Assembly (NCBI GenBank): GCA_041640655.1
Contig: JBEPZV010000016.1
Location: 1-53,530 of the forward strand
DNA from: a bacterium
Lineage (GTDB): Bacteria; Acidobacteriota; Blastocatellia; HR10
Reading direction: 5' to 3'
Length of the DNA: 53,530 nt
This document shows, in pieces, positions 35,748-45,860 of the stretch. Below the pieces are notes generated by a model, which was given only the letters and a program-made list of their open reading frames with translations, searched no databases and was not told the origin of the DNA. Every line of letters starts with the position of its first letter. The stretch's first letter is position 1. A program made the translations under genes and the position numbers.

Positions 35748-37157
35748 ATGTCCGATCAGGAACTCGCTTTTCTCTCGATCCGCGAACTCGCTCACCTCAT
35801 TCGATCCCGGCGTCTCTCGCCGGTCGAACTCACGAGGATGTATCTGGATCGGCTCGAACGGCTCGGACCGAAACTCGGCGCCGTCGTCACGATCACGCAC
35901 GACGTCGCTCTGGAACAAGCCCGCCGAGCTGAACGCGAGATCATGCGCGGTCGGTATCGCGGTCTGCTGCACGGCATCCCGTACGGAGTGAAGGATCTGT
36001 TGGCGACCAAAGGCATCCCCACCACCTGGGGCGCTGCGCCGTATCGGAACCAGATTTTCGACTACGACGCGACGGTGGTGCGCCGCCTGCAACGCGCCGG
36101 CGCTGTGCTCGTCGCGAAGCTCGCAATGGTGGAGCTGGCCGGGGGCATGGGCTATAACACGGCCGATGCTTCCTTCACGGGACCGGGACGCACGCCATGG
36201 AATCTCGAGTACTGGAGTGGGGGATCCTCCTCGGGGTCCGGAGCGGCCGTCGCCGCTGGGCTCGTCGCCTTCGCCATCGGCTCGGAGACTTCGGGTTCGA
36301 TCCTGACGCCTGCGGCTTTCTGCGGCATCTCGGGTCTGCGCCCGACCTATGGGTTGGTGAGCCGATACGGCGCCATGGCGCTGTGCTGGACGCTCGATAA
36401 ACTCGGCCCCATGTGTCGAACGGCCGACGATTGCGGGATCGTGCTCGCCGCGATCTCCGGCAAAGATCCGAAGGACCCTTCGAGCGTGGCTCGACGATTC
36501 ACCTATTCGACTCTCCTCCTGCCCACGCGACGTCTGCGAGTGGGCATCGTCCGAGGCGCGCTCGAACGCGTGCAACCTGAAGTGCGGAAGAACTTCGAGA
36601 GCGCTGTCGAAGTCCTCAAGAAATACGCCACCGTGGATCCTGACGTCGCGCTGCCGGATCTCCCCTATGGGCAGGTCGTCGGGATCATCGTCAATGCGGA
36701 GGGCGCGAGCGCCTTCCGCGATCTGATCGAGAGCGGGCGTCTGGCGGAATTGCAGAATCCACGTGATCGGATCGGGGGATACGCGGGGATGACCGTTCTG
36801 GCCGTAGATTATCTGCAGGCTCAACGCGTTCGCGTGCGCATTCGTCGCGCGCTCGATGAGGTCCTCTCTCGATACGACGTGTTGATCGCGCCGACGCGGG
36901 CGACTGTCGCCTATCCCATCGGCATGGAATTCGAACGCGCCTACCCGGGCACCGGTGGCGGGCCACCGCTCATCCCGGCCGGCAATGCCGCGGGCGTTCC
37001 AGCGCTCTCCATCCCCAACGGTTTCGGGCAAGCGGGATTACCGACAGCGCTCCAACTGATGGGTCGGGCCTTCAGCGAAGCGACGCTCATCGCGCTGGCC
37101 AACGCGTACCAGCGAGAGACCGATTGGCATCGGAAGCGCCCACCGCTCCAGGCGTGA
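35748..37157 (+). CDS. amidase signature family protein
   Basis: GIPYGVKDL (Lys), GGSSSGSG, IGSETSGSI (Ser-cisSer-Lys triad); AGGAGG SD. Confidence 0.92.
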   Translation: MSDQELAFLSIRELAHLIRSRRLSPVELTRMYLDRLERLGPKLGAVVTITHDVALEQARRAEREIMRGRYRGLLHGIPYGVKDLLATKGIPTTWGAAPYRNQIFDYDATVVRRLQRAGAVLVAKLAMVELAGGMGYNTADASFTGPGRTPWNLEYWSGGSSSGSGAAVAAGLVAFAIGSETSGSILTPAAFCGISGLRPTYGLVSRYGAMALCWTLDKLGPMCRTADDCGIVLAAISGKDPKDPSSVARRFTYSTLLLPTRRLRVGIVRGALERVQPEVRKNFESAVEVLKKYATVDPDVALPDLPYGQVVGIIVNAEGASAFRDLIESGRLAELQNPRDRIGGYAGMTVLAVDYLQAQRVRVRIRRALDEVLSRYDVLIAPTRATVAYPIGMEFERAYPGTGGGPPLIPAGNAAGVPALSIPNGFGQAGLPTALQLMGRAFSEATLIALANAYQRETDWHRKRPPLQA

Positions 37158-37190
37158 ACGCTCGCCAGGGAGAAGCGGGGCGATCCCCCT

Positions 37191-37661
37191 TCACGCCACC
37201 TCAGAGAATGCCGCGACCGTCGGCTCGCTCAACCGCAGGAAATCGGCCATGCGCATCCGAATCGAATCCGTATGCGTCCCCGCATTGAAGACGATCTCCT
37301 CATCCTGCGTCAAGGGCTCGGCCACGTAGACGGGAAGGCCGTAGAGATTGCCGAAAATCGGCATCGCTCCGATCTCGCAGTCCGGGAAGAGGTCCTTGAA
37401 CTCCGCCTCCGTGGCCAAGCGAACGTCAGTGGCGCCGACGACTTCGGCGAATCGCGCCAGATCCACCTTGTGATGCGCGGGCAACACGGCCATCACGAAT
37501 CGGTCATCGGCCTTGAGGATCACCGCCTTCGCCATCTCGCGGCCCCGCACATGGAGCGCGTGGGCGATCTCCTGTGCCGTGAATGCCGGCGAGTGCGCGC
37601 AGGCGACATAGGGGACGCGATGCTCATCGAGATACTGTTTCAATCGGGCGACGATTCCCAT
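37191..37661 (-). CDS. YbaK/aminoacyl-tRNA deacylase family protein
   Basis: HSPAFTAQE, MAKAV, CEIGAMPIFG, FNAGTH. Confidence 0.88.
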   Translation of the reverse strand: MGIVARLKQYLDEHRVPYVACAHSPAFTAQEIAHALHVRGREMAKAVILKADDRFVMAVLPAHHKVDLARFAEVVGATDVRLATEAEFKDLFPDCEIGAMPIFGNLYGLPVYVAEPLTQDEEIVFNAGTHTDSIRMRMADFLRLSEPTVAAFSEVA

Positions 37662-37766
37662 AAGCCTCCTCCTCCACACATCGTGCGCTCATGGGGAGTC
37701 TCGTCGTGACCTTCGAGATCGCGCGAGGCACCCGCGAGGCATTGTCCCACGTGTGGAGGGCGGCGG

Positions 37767-39845
37767 TCAATCCCCGCTCGGAGGCACCTCCCCGCGCGAT
37801 GCCCCCGTCGAAGCATGGCGCTCGAAGAAGCGCTCCACATCCTCAATCCGCGTCGTGATCGGACAGGGTGGGAGGCTCTGCAGGAAGATCGCGCCGTAGC
37901 TCTTGGTGCGAATCCGAGGGTCGAGGATCGAGAGGACGCCCACGTCGCTCCGGCTCCGGATCAACCGGCCCAATCCCTGCTTGAGCATGATGACGGCCTG
38001 GGGGACGGCGTAGTCGTAGAAGGGGTCGCCCCCTCTCTGCTCAATATATCGCTGCCGCGCGGCCACAATGGGATCGGTGGGGACGGCGAAGGGCAATCGG
38101 TCAATGATGACGCAGCTCAAGGCCTCGCCCTGCACGTCCACCCCCTGCCAGAAACTCGCCGTGGCGAAGAGCACCGAGTGCGGCGTCGTGCGAAATCGAG
38201 CGAGCAGCCCTGACTTCGATCCCTGCCCTTGGACGAAACAGGGGAACGGCACGCGACGGCGAACCCGCTCGTACATCTCCGTCATCTGTTGGATCGCCGT
38301 GCAGAGGATGAAGGCGCGGCCTCGCGTCACCTGCAGCAGCTTCACGATCTCCTCGACGGCGGCTTCCGTGAACTGCGGGCTCCGCGGATCCGGCATCTGA
38401 GGCGGGAGATAGAGGATCGCTTGCTCCGCGTAATCGAAATGCGAGGGGACGATCAGCTCTCGCGCCTCGCGAATGCCCAAGCGGGATCGGATGAAGTCGA
38501 ACCGACCGCCGCTGGTCAACGTCGCCGACGTCAGGATAGCCGTGCGCACGCGATCGAAGAGCCGTTCGGCCAGGACCTCGGAGACATCAATGGGCGTCGC
38601 TTGAAGGAAGAGGCCCCGCCCTCGCCGCTCGTACCAGCGGACGAATCGCGGATCCTGCCCCAGAAGGATGAAGTCGAGATCAGCCCTCACCTGCGCCGTT
38701 CGACGCATGAGCGTCTCGATCTCCTGCGGCGGATCCTTCACCATCGCCAGCGTCGTCTCTAAGAGCGAGAGGGCGTTCATCAACGCGAGCAAGCTCTCCC
38801 CAGCGCGTGTCAGCTCCAGCGCCTCTCTCGATCCCCCCTCGACGTCCGGCGCGTCTCGATCCTCGGCGGTCCCTCCCGCCTGCCCCTCCGCGACGGCCGA
38901 ACGGAAGAGAAAATCCGGCTCCAGCGGGTAGCGGCCCTCGGGCCGCCCATCGTTCAGGAAATGCATCCAGAAGCTCTCGGCGCGCTGCTGCACCCGCAGG
39001 CTGACGCGCATCAGCTCGGCTGCCGACGCCGTATCCGTGATCGGGAGATTCTGCACATCGCGCACCAGCTCGGCCACGCGATAATTGCTCACCTGCGCCC
39101 CGAAATATTCGGAGGCGACCTCCTCCAACTCGTGCGCCTCATCGAAGATGACGACGGCATAATCCGGGATCACCGCCCCGTACTCGTTCCCACGCAGCGC
39201 GAGATCGGCGAAGAAGAGATGGTGATTGACGATCACGATATCGGCCTTCAGCGCCCGCTCGCGCATCCTCGTGATGAAACAGGCGTCGTAATCCGGACAC
39301 TTCTGCCCCAGACAGATCTCCGAGCGCGCGTCAATGGAGGACCAGAAGCTCAGGTTCTCCGGCACATCCGCCAGCTCCGCCCGATCTCCGGTCTCCGACT
39401 GAAACGCCCATCGGCGAATCTCGTCGAAATACTTCGCCTCCTCCAGATCGGCGAGGATGGGCTGCGTCTCGGCTCTCTTCAGGCGATAGAGGCAGACGTA
39501 GTTCGATCGGCCCTTCATGTAGGCGACGCGCAGCTTCCGCCCCAGCGCCTTCTCCAAGAAGGGGATGTCTTTGAGCAGGAGCTGCTCCTGAAGGTTCTTC
39601 GTCCCCGTGGAGATGATGATCCGTTCTGAGACCGCGAGCGCCGGGACGAGGTACGCGAGCGTCTTTCCCGTTCCCGTCCCGGCTTCGACCAGAAGATGCC
39701 CCCCTTCGACGAGGGCGCGATAGACGGCCTCGGCCATGCGAATCTGTCCGGGCCGATACTCGTACTGCGGGTGATACCGGCAGAGCAGTCCCCCCTCCCC
39801 GAAGACTTCCTCCATGAGGGCGGCTTCTTCGCTTCGTCGGCTCAT
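37767..39845 (-). CDS. DinG/YoaA-family ATP-dependent DNA helicase
   Basis: EAGTGTGKT, Fe-S cysteines (YVC; CLGQKCPDYDAC), DEAH, SAT, FWQGVDV, QGLGRLIR. Confidence 0.93.
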   Translation of the reverse strand: MSRRSEEAALMEEVFGEGGLLCRYHPQYEYRPGQIRMAEAVYRALVEGGHLLVEAGTGTGKTLAYLVPALAVSERIIISTGTKNLQEQLLLKDIPFLEKALGRKLRVAYMKGRSNYVCLYRLKRAETQPILADLEEAKYFDEIRRWAFQSETGDRAELADVPENLSFWSSIDARSEICLGQKCPDYDACFITRMRERALKADIVIVNHHLFFADLALRGNEYGAVIPDYAVVIFDEAHELEEVASEYFGAQVSNYRVAELVRDVQNLPITDTASAAELMRVSLRVQQRAESFWMHFLNDGRPEGRYPLEPDFLFRSAVAEGQAGGTAEDRDAPDVEGGSREALELTRAGESLLALMNALSLLETTLAMVKDPPQEIETLMRRTAQVRADLDFILLGQDPRFVRWYERRGRGLFLQATPIDVSEVLAERLFDRVRTAILTSATLTSGGRFDFIRSRLGIREARELIVPSHFDYAEQAILYLPPQMPDPRSPQFTEAAVEEIVKLLQVTRGRAFILCTAIQQMTEMYERVRRRVPFPCFVQGQGSKSGLLARFRTTPHSVLFATASFWQGVDVQGEALSCVIIDRLPFAVPTDPIVAARQRYIEQRGGDPFYDYAVPQAVIMLKQGLGRLIRSRSDVGVLSILDPRIRTKSYGAIFLQSLPPCPITTRIEDVERFFERHASTGASRGEVPPSGD

Positions 39846-39899
39846 CGGCAGCTCCTCACCTCGGAGGGGTGCTCACCGCTTCCTGCGCGCGGGAGCGCT

Positions 39900-41177
39900 T
39901 CACACTTCGCGGAGGTTGCGAAGCCGATGGGGATAGAGCGGGAACTGCTCGGTCAACTCCCACACCTGCTGCCGCACCGCACGCTGCACCGACTCGCTCT
40001 CGGGCTGATCCAAGACCTCGGCGATCCACCGCGCGATCTTGCGCATCTCAGGCTCCTTCATCCCTCGCGTCGTGACCGCTGGCGTCCCCAAACGAATGCC
40101 GCTGGCGATCATCGGCGGTTGCGTGTCGAAGGGGATCGTGTTCTTGTTCACGGTGATCCCCGCGCGCTCCAGCGCACTCTCGGCCTGCTTCCCCGTCAAC
40201 CCCCGGGAGAAGACGTCCACGAGGACGAGATGCGTATCCGTCCCCCCGGAGACGATCCGATATCCCGCTCGAGCCAGCTCCTCGGCCAGGACGCGGGCAT
40301 TCCTGATCACCTGCTCCTGATAGGCGCGGAATTCGGGCTGCATGGCCTCCTTGAAGCAAACGGCCTTGGCCGCCATGATGTGGACGTGCGGCCCCCCTTG
40401 CACGCAGGGGAAGACGGCGCGATCAATCTCCCGCGCGTACTTCTCCTTGCACATGATCATGCCGGCGCGCGGGCCACGCAGCGTCTTGTGCGTCGTCGTC
40501 GTCACGAAATCGCAGCACGGGACCGGGCTCGGATGCAACCCGGTCGCCACGAACCCCGCAATGTGCGCGATGTCGGCCATCACGACGGCCCCCACATCGC
40601 GGGCGATCGCCGCGATCCGCTCAAAATCAATGATGCGGGGATAGGCGCTCGCCCCACAGACGATCATCTTCGGCCGATGCTCATGTGCCAGCCGCTCCAG
40701 CTCTTCGTAATCAATCTGCTCCGTCTCACGATGCACGCCGTAGGGGATCACCCGAAAGTACTTCCCCGAGAAGTTCAAGGGATGGCCGTGCGTCAGATGC
40801 CCCCCGTGCGAGAGGTTCATCCCGAGGATCGTGTCCCCGGGTTGCAGCATGGCGATGTAGACGGCCATGTTCGCCTGCGATCCCGAATACGGTTGCACGT
40901 TGACGTGCTCGGCTCCGAAGAGCTGCTTCGCCCGCTGGATGGCCAGCGATTCCACGACGTCCACGAATTCGCATCCCCCATAGTAGCGCCGCCCCGGATA
41001 CCCCTCGGCGTATTTGTTGGTGAAGACCGATCCCATGGCCTCCAGGACCGCCTCGCTGACGAAGTTCTCCGAGGCGATCAATTCCAAGCCTCGCGCTTGC
41101 CGTTCGGTCTCCCGGAGGATGGCCTCGGCGATCTCCGGATCCACCTCGCGCAGCGCGCGCATCTGCCACTCACTCAT
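39900..41177 (-). CDS. glyA: serine hydroxymethyltransferase
   Basis: [41 protein letters not shown]. Confidence 0.97.
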   Translation of the reverse strand: MSEWQMRALREVDPEIAEAILRETERQARGLELIASENFVSEAVLEAMGSVFTNKYAEGYPGRRYYGGCEFVDVVESLAIQRAKQLFGAEHVNVQPYSGSQANMAVYIAMLQPGDTILGMNLSHGGHLTHGHPLNFSGKYFRVIPYGVHRETEQIDYEELERLAHEHRPKMIVCGASAYPRIIDFERIAAIARDVGAVVMADIAHIAGFVATGLHPSPVPCCDFVTTTTHKTLRGPRAGMIMCKEKYAREIDRAVFPCVQGGPHVHIMAAKAVCFKEAMQPEFRAYQEQVIRNARVLAEELARAGYRIVSGGTDTHLVLVDVFSRGLTGKQAESALERAGITVNKNTIPFDTQPPMIASGIRLGTPAVTTRGMKEPEMRKIARWIAEVLDQPESESVQRAVRQQVWELTEQFPLYPHRLRNLREV

Positions 41178-41252
41178 CGTCCACGCTCCTTCTGCGCGTG
41201 ATCTCCGCACGCTCGTGCGAGACGGAATCTTACCGCACGGCGGAGGACACCT

Positions 41253-42194
41253 TCAAGCACGCGCGCCAGGAGAGCGCTCCGCACCGACGCGCTTTCGCTC
41301 CCGACCTCTCCCCAAATAGGCCCGGCAGAGATCCAAGAAGGCCAAGAGCGCCTCCGAGGACGCCTCCTCCTTGAGATAAGCCAGGCCCAGCTCCCACCGG
41401 CTCTTCAATCCGCGAATGGGCAGCGCCCGCAACAGTCCCACCTGCACCTCGCGCTGAACGGTGAGCCAGGGGAGGATGCCGACGCCCAGGCCGACCTCCA
41501 CCATCTTCTTGATCGCCTCGTCGCGATTCAACTCCATGACGACGTGCGGACGAACGCCCGCATGTTCGAAGAAGAGATCAATGATCCGCCGCCGATTCCC
41601 CCCGCGCTCTCCGAGAATCAACGGCTCGGAGGCCAGTTGCATGACCGTCACCTCGCGCGCTTGCGCCAGCGGATGGCTCGGCGAGACCACCGCTACGAGC
41701 CGGTCCCCATAGAGCGGTTCCGTGTGGACCAGCGGCGCCTCGACTGGCAGGGAGACGAGCCCGACGTCCAGCCGATGCTCCAGCAGACGACGCACGATGG
41801 CCTCACTCGTGCCCGCGAAGACGACGAGATCCAGAAGCGGAAAGCGCTTCTTCAATTCGCTGAGGATCTCCGGGAGCGGATGAATGGCGATCATCGTCGA
41901 AGCCGTCCCCACGCGCAACGTGCTCCGATGTTCCTGCGCGAGCGCGGCGATCTCCGCGCGCGCCAGATCACACGCGTTCAGAATAGCCTGCGCGTGCCGG
42001 AGCAATGCCCGCCCGGCCGGCGTGAGCGTCGCGCGCTTGCGCACGCGGGCGAAAAGCTTCGTCCCCAACTCCTCCTCCAGGGTCTTGATGTGCAAGCTGA
42101 CGGCCGCTTGCGAGAGGTTCACGCGCCGTCCAGCGAGCGTGAAGCTCCCGGTCTCGGCCACGGCGCGGAAGGTGCGCAGGTGACGCAATTCCAT
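41253..42194 (-). CDS. LysR family transcriptional regulator
   Basis: GSFTLAG...SQAAVSLHIKTLEEELG HTH plus substrate-binding domain. Confidence 0.93.
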   Translation of the reverse strand: MELRHLRTFRAVAETGSFTLAGRRVNLSQAAVSLHIKTLEEELGTKLFARVRKRATLTPAGRALLRHAQAILNACDLARAEIAALAQEHRSTLRVGTASTMIAIHPLPEILSELKKRFPLLDLVVFAGTSEAIVRRLLEHRLDVGLVSLPVEAPLVHTEPLYGDRLVAVVSPSHPLAQAREVTVMQLASEPLILGERGGNRRRIIDLFFEHAGVRPHVVMELNRDEAIKKMVEVGLGVGILPWLTVQREVQVGLLRALPIRGLKSRWELGLAYLKEEASSEALLAFLDLCRAYLGRGRERKRVGAERSPGARA

Positions 42195-42207
42195 GACGCT
42201 TCCCTCG

Positions 42208-42245
42208 CATTAGAAATTCTCATGCATCTCATTAAAACTCTCAGT
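42208..42245. promoter_or_regulatory. candidate LysR binding sites
   Basis: Near-palindrome CATTAGAAATTCTCATG (contains T-N11-A) and a degenerate copy CATTAAAACTCTCAG in the AT-rich divergent intergenic region. Confidence 0.55.
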
Positions 42246-42320
42246 TTCCCCACGCCTTGCCTATTGTACTAAAATTCCCTTGTGAGCGCCGAAGCGCGCC
42301 AACGGTGTGGGTGGATGAGC

Positions 42321-43376
42321 ATGACGGAGGGATCAGAACGAACGGTCACGTATCGGGAGATCTACGGCCAGCCGGGGGCACTGCGAGAGACACTGCGGCG
42401 CGTCTCGGCGCGCCGGGTGGACACGGCGCGAATTGGACCGCTCGCGCGCTTCACGGAGGTGATCTTCACCGGTTGCGGTTCGTCCTATCATATCGCCCTG
42501 TATGCCGCTCACGCGTGGGGGACGCTGTCGGGGCTTTGCGCGCGCGCCCTTCCGGCCTCCGAGATTCTTCATTTCTCGGTGGCGTATCTCCGCTCGGACG
42601 CTCGCCCCCTGGTCATCGCCATCTCACGCAGCGGGGAGACGGATGAGACGGTCCTCGCCGTCGAGCGCGTGCGCGCGCTCCAGGCCGCTACGGTCATCGC
42701 CGTGACGACCGAGCCTGATGGCGCGCTCGGACGCGCGGCCGATGTGTCCCTGGTCTTCTCCGAATGCCCGGAGCAGAGCGTGGTCACCACGGGCTCGCTC
42801 ACGTGCATGATGCTGGGTCTCGTGCTTCTGGCCGATGCTCTGGGCGAGGGGAGGCTCCTGGCGGAAGCCGCGTCGCTCCCTCAAGAGGTCGAACGCAGCT
42901 TACGTGCGAACGAGCGGCTCGTGCGCACGTATGCGGAAGATCCCACGCTCGCCCGCTTCGTCTTCCTCGGCTCTGGCCCTTTCTTCCCGCTGGCGGCCGA
43001 GGCGGCGCTGAAGATGATCGAGATGGCGCTGACGCCGGCTCACGCCTACCCCACGCTGGAATTCCGACATGGGCCGCACCTGTTGCTCTCGCCGGAGACG
43101 CTCGTGGTGATCTTGCTGGCGGAGGCCGAGCGTCCGTATGTGCCGCGCGTGATCGCGGACGTGCAGGAGGCGGGAGCCCGCGTGTGGGTCATCAGCGCTC
43201 AGGCGCTGGAGCGCCCGGTTTCGCAGCTCGTCCTCGGAAGCGACGTGCCGGAATTAGTGCGCCCGATCCTCTGGGCACACCTCGTTCAGCAACTGGCGTT
43301 TTGGAGAGCCATGGCCACGGGCCTGAACCCGGACGCACCGCCGCGCTTGACGCGAACTGTGCGATGGAGCGACTGA
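42321..43376 (+). CDS. SIS domain sugar-phosphate isomerase/deaminase (AgaS/NagB-II/FrlB-like)
   Basis: EIYGQP, TGCGSS, ISRSGET, EAALKMIE, EFRHGP, NPDAPPRL; start may be 42315. Confidence 0.85.
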   Translation: MTEGSERTVTYREIYGQPGALRETLRRVSARRVDTARIGPLARFTEVIFTGCGSSYHIALYAAHAWGTLSGLCARALPASEILHFSVAYLRSDARPLVIAISRSGETDETVLAVERVRALQAATVIAVTTEPDGALGRAADVSLVFSECPEQSVVTTGSLTCMMLGLVLLADALGEGRLLAEAASLPQEVERSLRANERLVRTYAEDPTLARFVFLGSGPFFPLAAEAALKMIEMALTPAHAYPTLEFRHGPHLLLSPETLVVILLAEAERPYVPRVIADVQEAGARVWVISAQALERPVSQLVLGSDVPELVRPILWAHLVQQLAFWRAMATGLNPDAPPRLTRTVRWSD

Positions 43377-43433
43377 GCGGAGATCATCGTGGCCCCTCAA
43401 GAGAGAGGAGCCGCACGCGGTAGAGGAGAGGCG

Positions 43434-44435
43434 ATGATGCGCATCGCGGGTATTGATGGAGGGGGAACGAAGACGATCGCTCTGATCGCCGACGAACGGC
43501 TGCGTGTGCTCGGGGAAGGGCGTGCCGGCCCGTCGAATTTCCTGCGCGTGGGTGTGGATGCGGCCGTGGCGGCGGTTGTGACGGCATTGGAGGACGCCTG
43601 CCGCCAGGCCAGATGCACGCTCTCGGAGTTGGCCGCGCTCGGGATCGGGCTGGCAGGAATCGCGCATCCGGCACATCATCGGCGGATGCGCGAAGCCTTG
43701 CTTCGCGCGCTCACCGAGCGCCGGGCCGGCATGCGCGCGTCTTGGACCGCGGAGGACCTGCTGCTGACCACGGATGCGGAGATCGCGCTCTATGGAGCGA
43801 CCGACGGCCAGCCGGGCGTCGTCATCATCGCCGGGACCGGTTCGATCGCTTACGGGATGAATGCGCACGGACAGAAGGCCCGCTCCGGCGGATGGGGACC
43901 GACCTTCGGTGACGAAGGCAGCGGATACGACATCGCGCGGCGAGCGCTCGTGGCCGTCGCTTCGGCATACGACGGACGGTTGCCGCCCACGTTGCTGACC
44001 GACCGGGTCTGCCAATACTTCGGGATCGAGAGTCCGGCCGATCTGCCCCGCATCATCTACGGGAGCGAGGCGAGCCCCAACATCGCGCCCTTGAGCGAGG
44101 TAGTCATTCAGGCGGCCCGTGAAGGGGATGCGGTGGCCAGGCACATCCTTCGCGAGGCCGGTCTGGAATTGGCGCGCACGGCCATCGCCGTCATCAAACG
44201 GTTGCGCTTGCAGCGGGAGGCATTTCGCGTCTCCTATGTGGGCGGCGTCTTCTCCGCCGGAGAGTTGATCCTGGATCCCCTCCGCGAGAAGATCCAAGAG
44301 GTTGCTCCGAGAGCCGAGCTCGCGCCCCCACTCTTCCCGCCGGCCGTCGGCGCGCTCAAGCTCGTGCTCGCGCGGCTCGACCTCTCGCACCGCGAGGATC
44401 CCACGTGCTCGCTTCACACATTGAGCGCGCGGTGA
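43434..44435 (+). CDS. BadF/BadG/BcrA/BcrD-type N-acetylglucosamine/N-acetylmuramate kinase-like protein
   Basis: GIDGGGTKT, IAGTGS, GGWG, GDEGSGY. Confidence 0.85.
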   Translation: MMRIAGIDGGGTKTIALIADERLRVLGEGRAGPSNFLRVGVDAAVAAVVTALEDACRQARCTLSELAALGIGLAGIAHPAHHRRMREALLRALTERRAGMRASWTAEDLLLTTDAEIALYGATDGQPGVVIIAGTGSIAYGMNAHGQKARSGGWGPTFGDEGSGYDIARRALVAVASAYDGRLPPTLLTDRVCQYFGIESPADLPRIIYGSEASPNIAPLSEVVIQAAREGDAVARHILREAGLELARTAIAVIKRLRLQREAFRVSYVGGVFSAGELILDPLREKIQEVAPRAELAPPLFPPAVGALKLVLARLDLSHREDPTCSLHTLSAR

Positions 44436-44456
44436 GCGCCTTTGAGGAGGAACGCG

Positions 44457-45845
44457 ATGGGCTGGGAGATCGCGGGGTATCGGGAGATCGTTCGCGGCCA
44501 TCTGCATCTGGATGGAGTGAGTGCTCGGCATCTGGCCCAGCAGTACGGGACGCCGCTTTTCGTCTTCTCGGAATCCCGCGTGCGGGCTAATGTCCGAACG
44601 CTGCTGGAGCCCGCTCGCCGCGTCCATCCGCGCGTGAAGATCTGCTATGCGGCGAAAGCGAATTCTCTGTTGGCCATCCTGCGGGCCGTTCGCGAGGCCG
44701 GCGCCGACATCGAGGTCAATAGCGGCGGTGAACTCTACAAAGCGCTGCGCGCCGGGTTCCGTCCCGATCAGATCGTCTTCAACGGTGTGAGCAAGACGGT
44801 CCAGGAGCTGGAGGAGGCGATCCGCGCCGAGATCTATGCGATCAACGTGGACTCGCTCGCGGAGCTGGATCTGATCGCGACCGTCGCTGAACGGCTGGGG
44901 AAGCGCGCGAACGTCGCGCTCCGTCTGGTCCCGGAGATCGAGACGGGATCGCACGCTGGCTTGCAAACGGCGCTTCTCACGTCGAAATTCGGCCTCTCCC
45001 CCTCGGAGATCCGCGAGGGCTTTCGGCGCGCGCTCGCCTATCGCCGCGCGATTCATCTGGTGGGGCTTCACGTCCACGTCGGTTCGCAAACGCCGACGAG
45101 CGCGCCGTACGTTCGAGCTTTCGCCCTGATGTGCCGATACGCCGTCGCCTTGTATCGAGAGACTGGGCATCGTCTTCGCCACGTGAACGTGGGCGGGGGG
45201 ATCCCTGTCGTCTACGCGCACGATGACCGATATGCGGCGGACTTCGGTGAGCGCGAACGCCTCTTCCGCACTGCGTGGGACATCGGGACGCTCCTGCGCT
45301 CGGCCTTGGAAGAGGCCACGAGATCCGTCCAGGAGCACGCCGCGCGCGAGCTGCTCGAGGACCTGGAAGTCGTCTTCGAACCGGGCCGTCGGGTGATCGC
45401 GGATGCGGGGACATTGCTGGTGACCATCCGCAACGTGAAGACGCGATCGGAGACGGGCGATACATGGCTCTTCCTCGACGCGGGCACAGAATTGCTCCCC
45501 TCGATGAGCCAATACAAGTGGTACTACCACGTCATCTCGGCGGATCGAACGGCCGAGCCGCATGAGACGCCGTACAAGCTGGCCGGTCCATTGTGCGATG
45601 GGGGGGACGTGTACTTCGACATCGAGGGCACGGGGCGTTTGCCGCAGTACCGGTTCCTGCCGAAGGGACTGACGATCGGCAATGTGCTCGCGGTCCTGGA
45701 TGTCGGCGCGTACACGGTCGCGCAGATGTCCACCTATAACGGGCGACCGCTGCCGGCCATCGTCTTGATCCGTTCGTCCGAAGACGTGCGTCTCATTCGT
45801 CCGCGCCAGACTTACGAAGACCTGGTGCGAGATGAAGCCCTGTGA
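44457..45845 (+). CDS. fold-type III PLP decarboxylase (LysA/ODC family), substrate uncertain
   Basis: YAAKANS (PLP Lys), SKFG, HVGSQ, GGG, EPGR, GPLCDGGD, GAY. Confidence 0.85.
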   Translation: MGWEIAGYREIVRGHLHLDGVSARHLAQQYGTPLFVFSESRVRANVRTLLEPARRVHPRVKICYAAKANSLLAILRAVREAGADIEVNSGGELYKALRAGFRPDQIVFNGVSKTVQELEEAIRAEIYAINVDSLAELDLIATVAERLGKRANVALRLVPEIETGSHAGLQTALLTSKFGLSPSEIREGFRRALAYRRAIHLVGLHVHVGSQTPTSAPYVRAFALMCRYAVALYRETGHRLRHVNVGGGIPVVYAHDDRYAADFGERERLFRTAWDIGTLLRSALEEATRSVQEHAARELLEDLEVVFEPGRRVIADAGTLLVTIRNVKTRSETGDTWLFLDAGTELLPSMSQYKWYYHVISADRTAEPHETPYKLAGPLCDGGDVYFDIEGTGRLPQYRFLPKGLTIGNVLAVLDVGAYTVAQMSTYNGRPLPAIVLIRSSEDVRLIRPRQTYEDLVRDEAL

Positions 45846-45860
45846 AGGCTCCGCGCCACG

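Noticed and set aside
35372..37157. gatC-gatA annotation
   Set aside because: No gatB nearby, a Tat signal on the small gene, and GSETSGS rather than the GatA-typical GSDTGGS
44457..45845. Assigning the gene symbol lysA
   Set aside because: Specificity residues deviate (CDGGD; no RPxxY)
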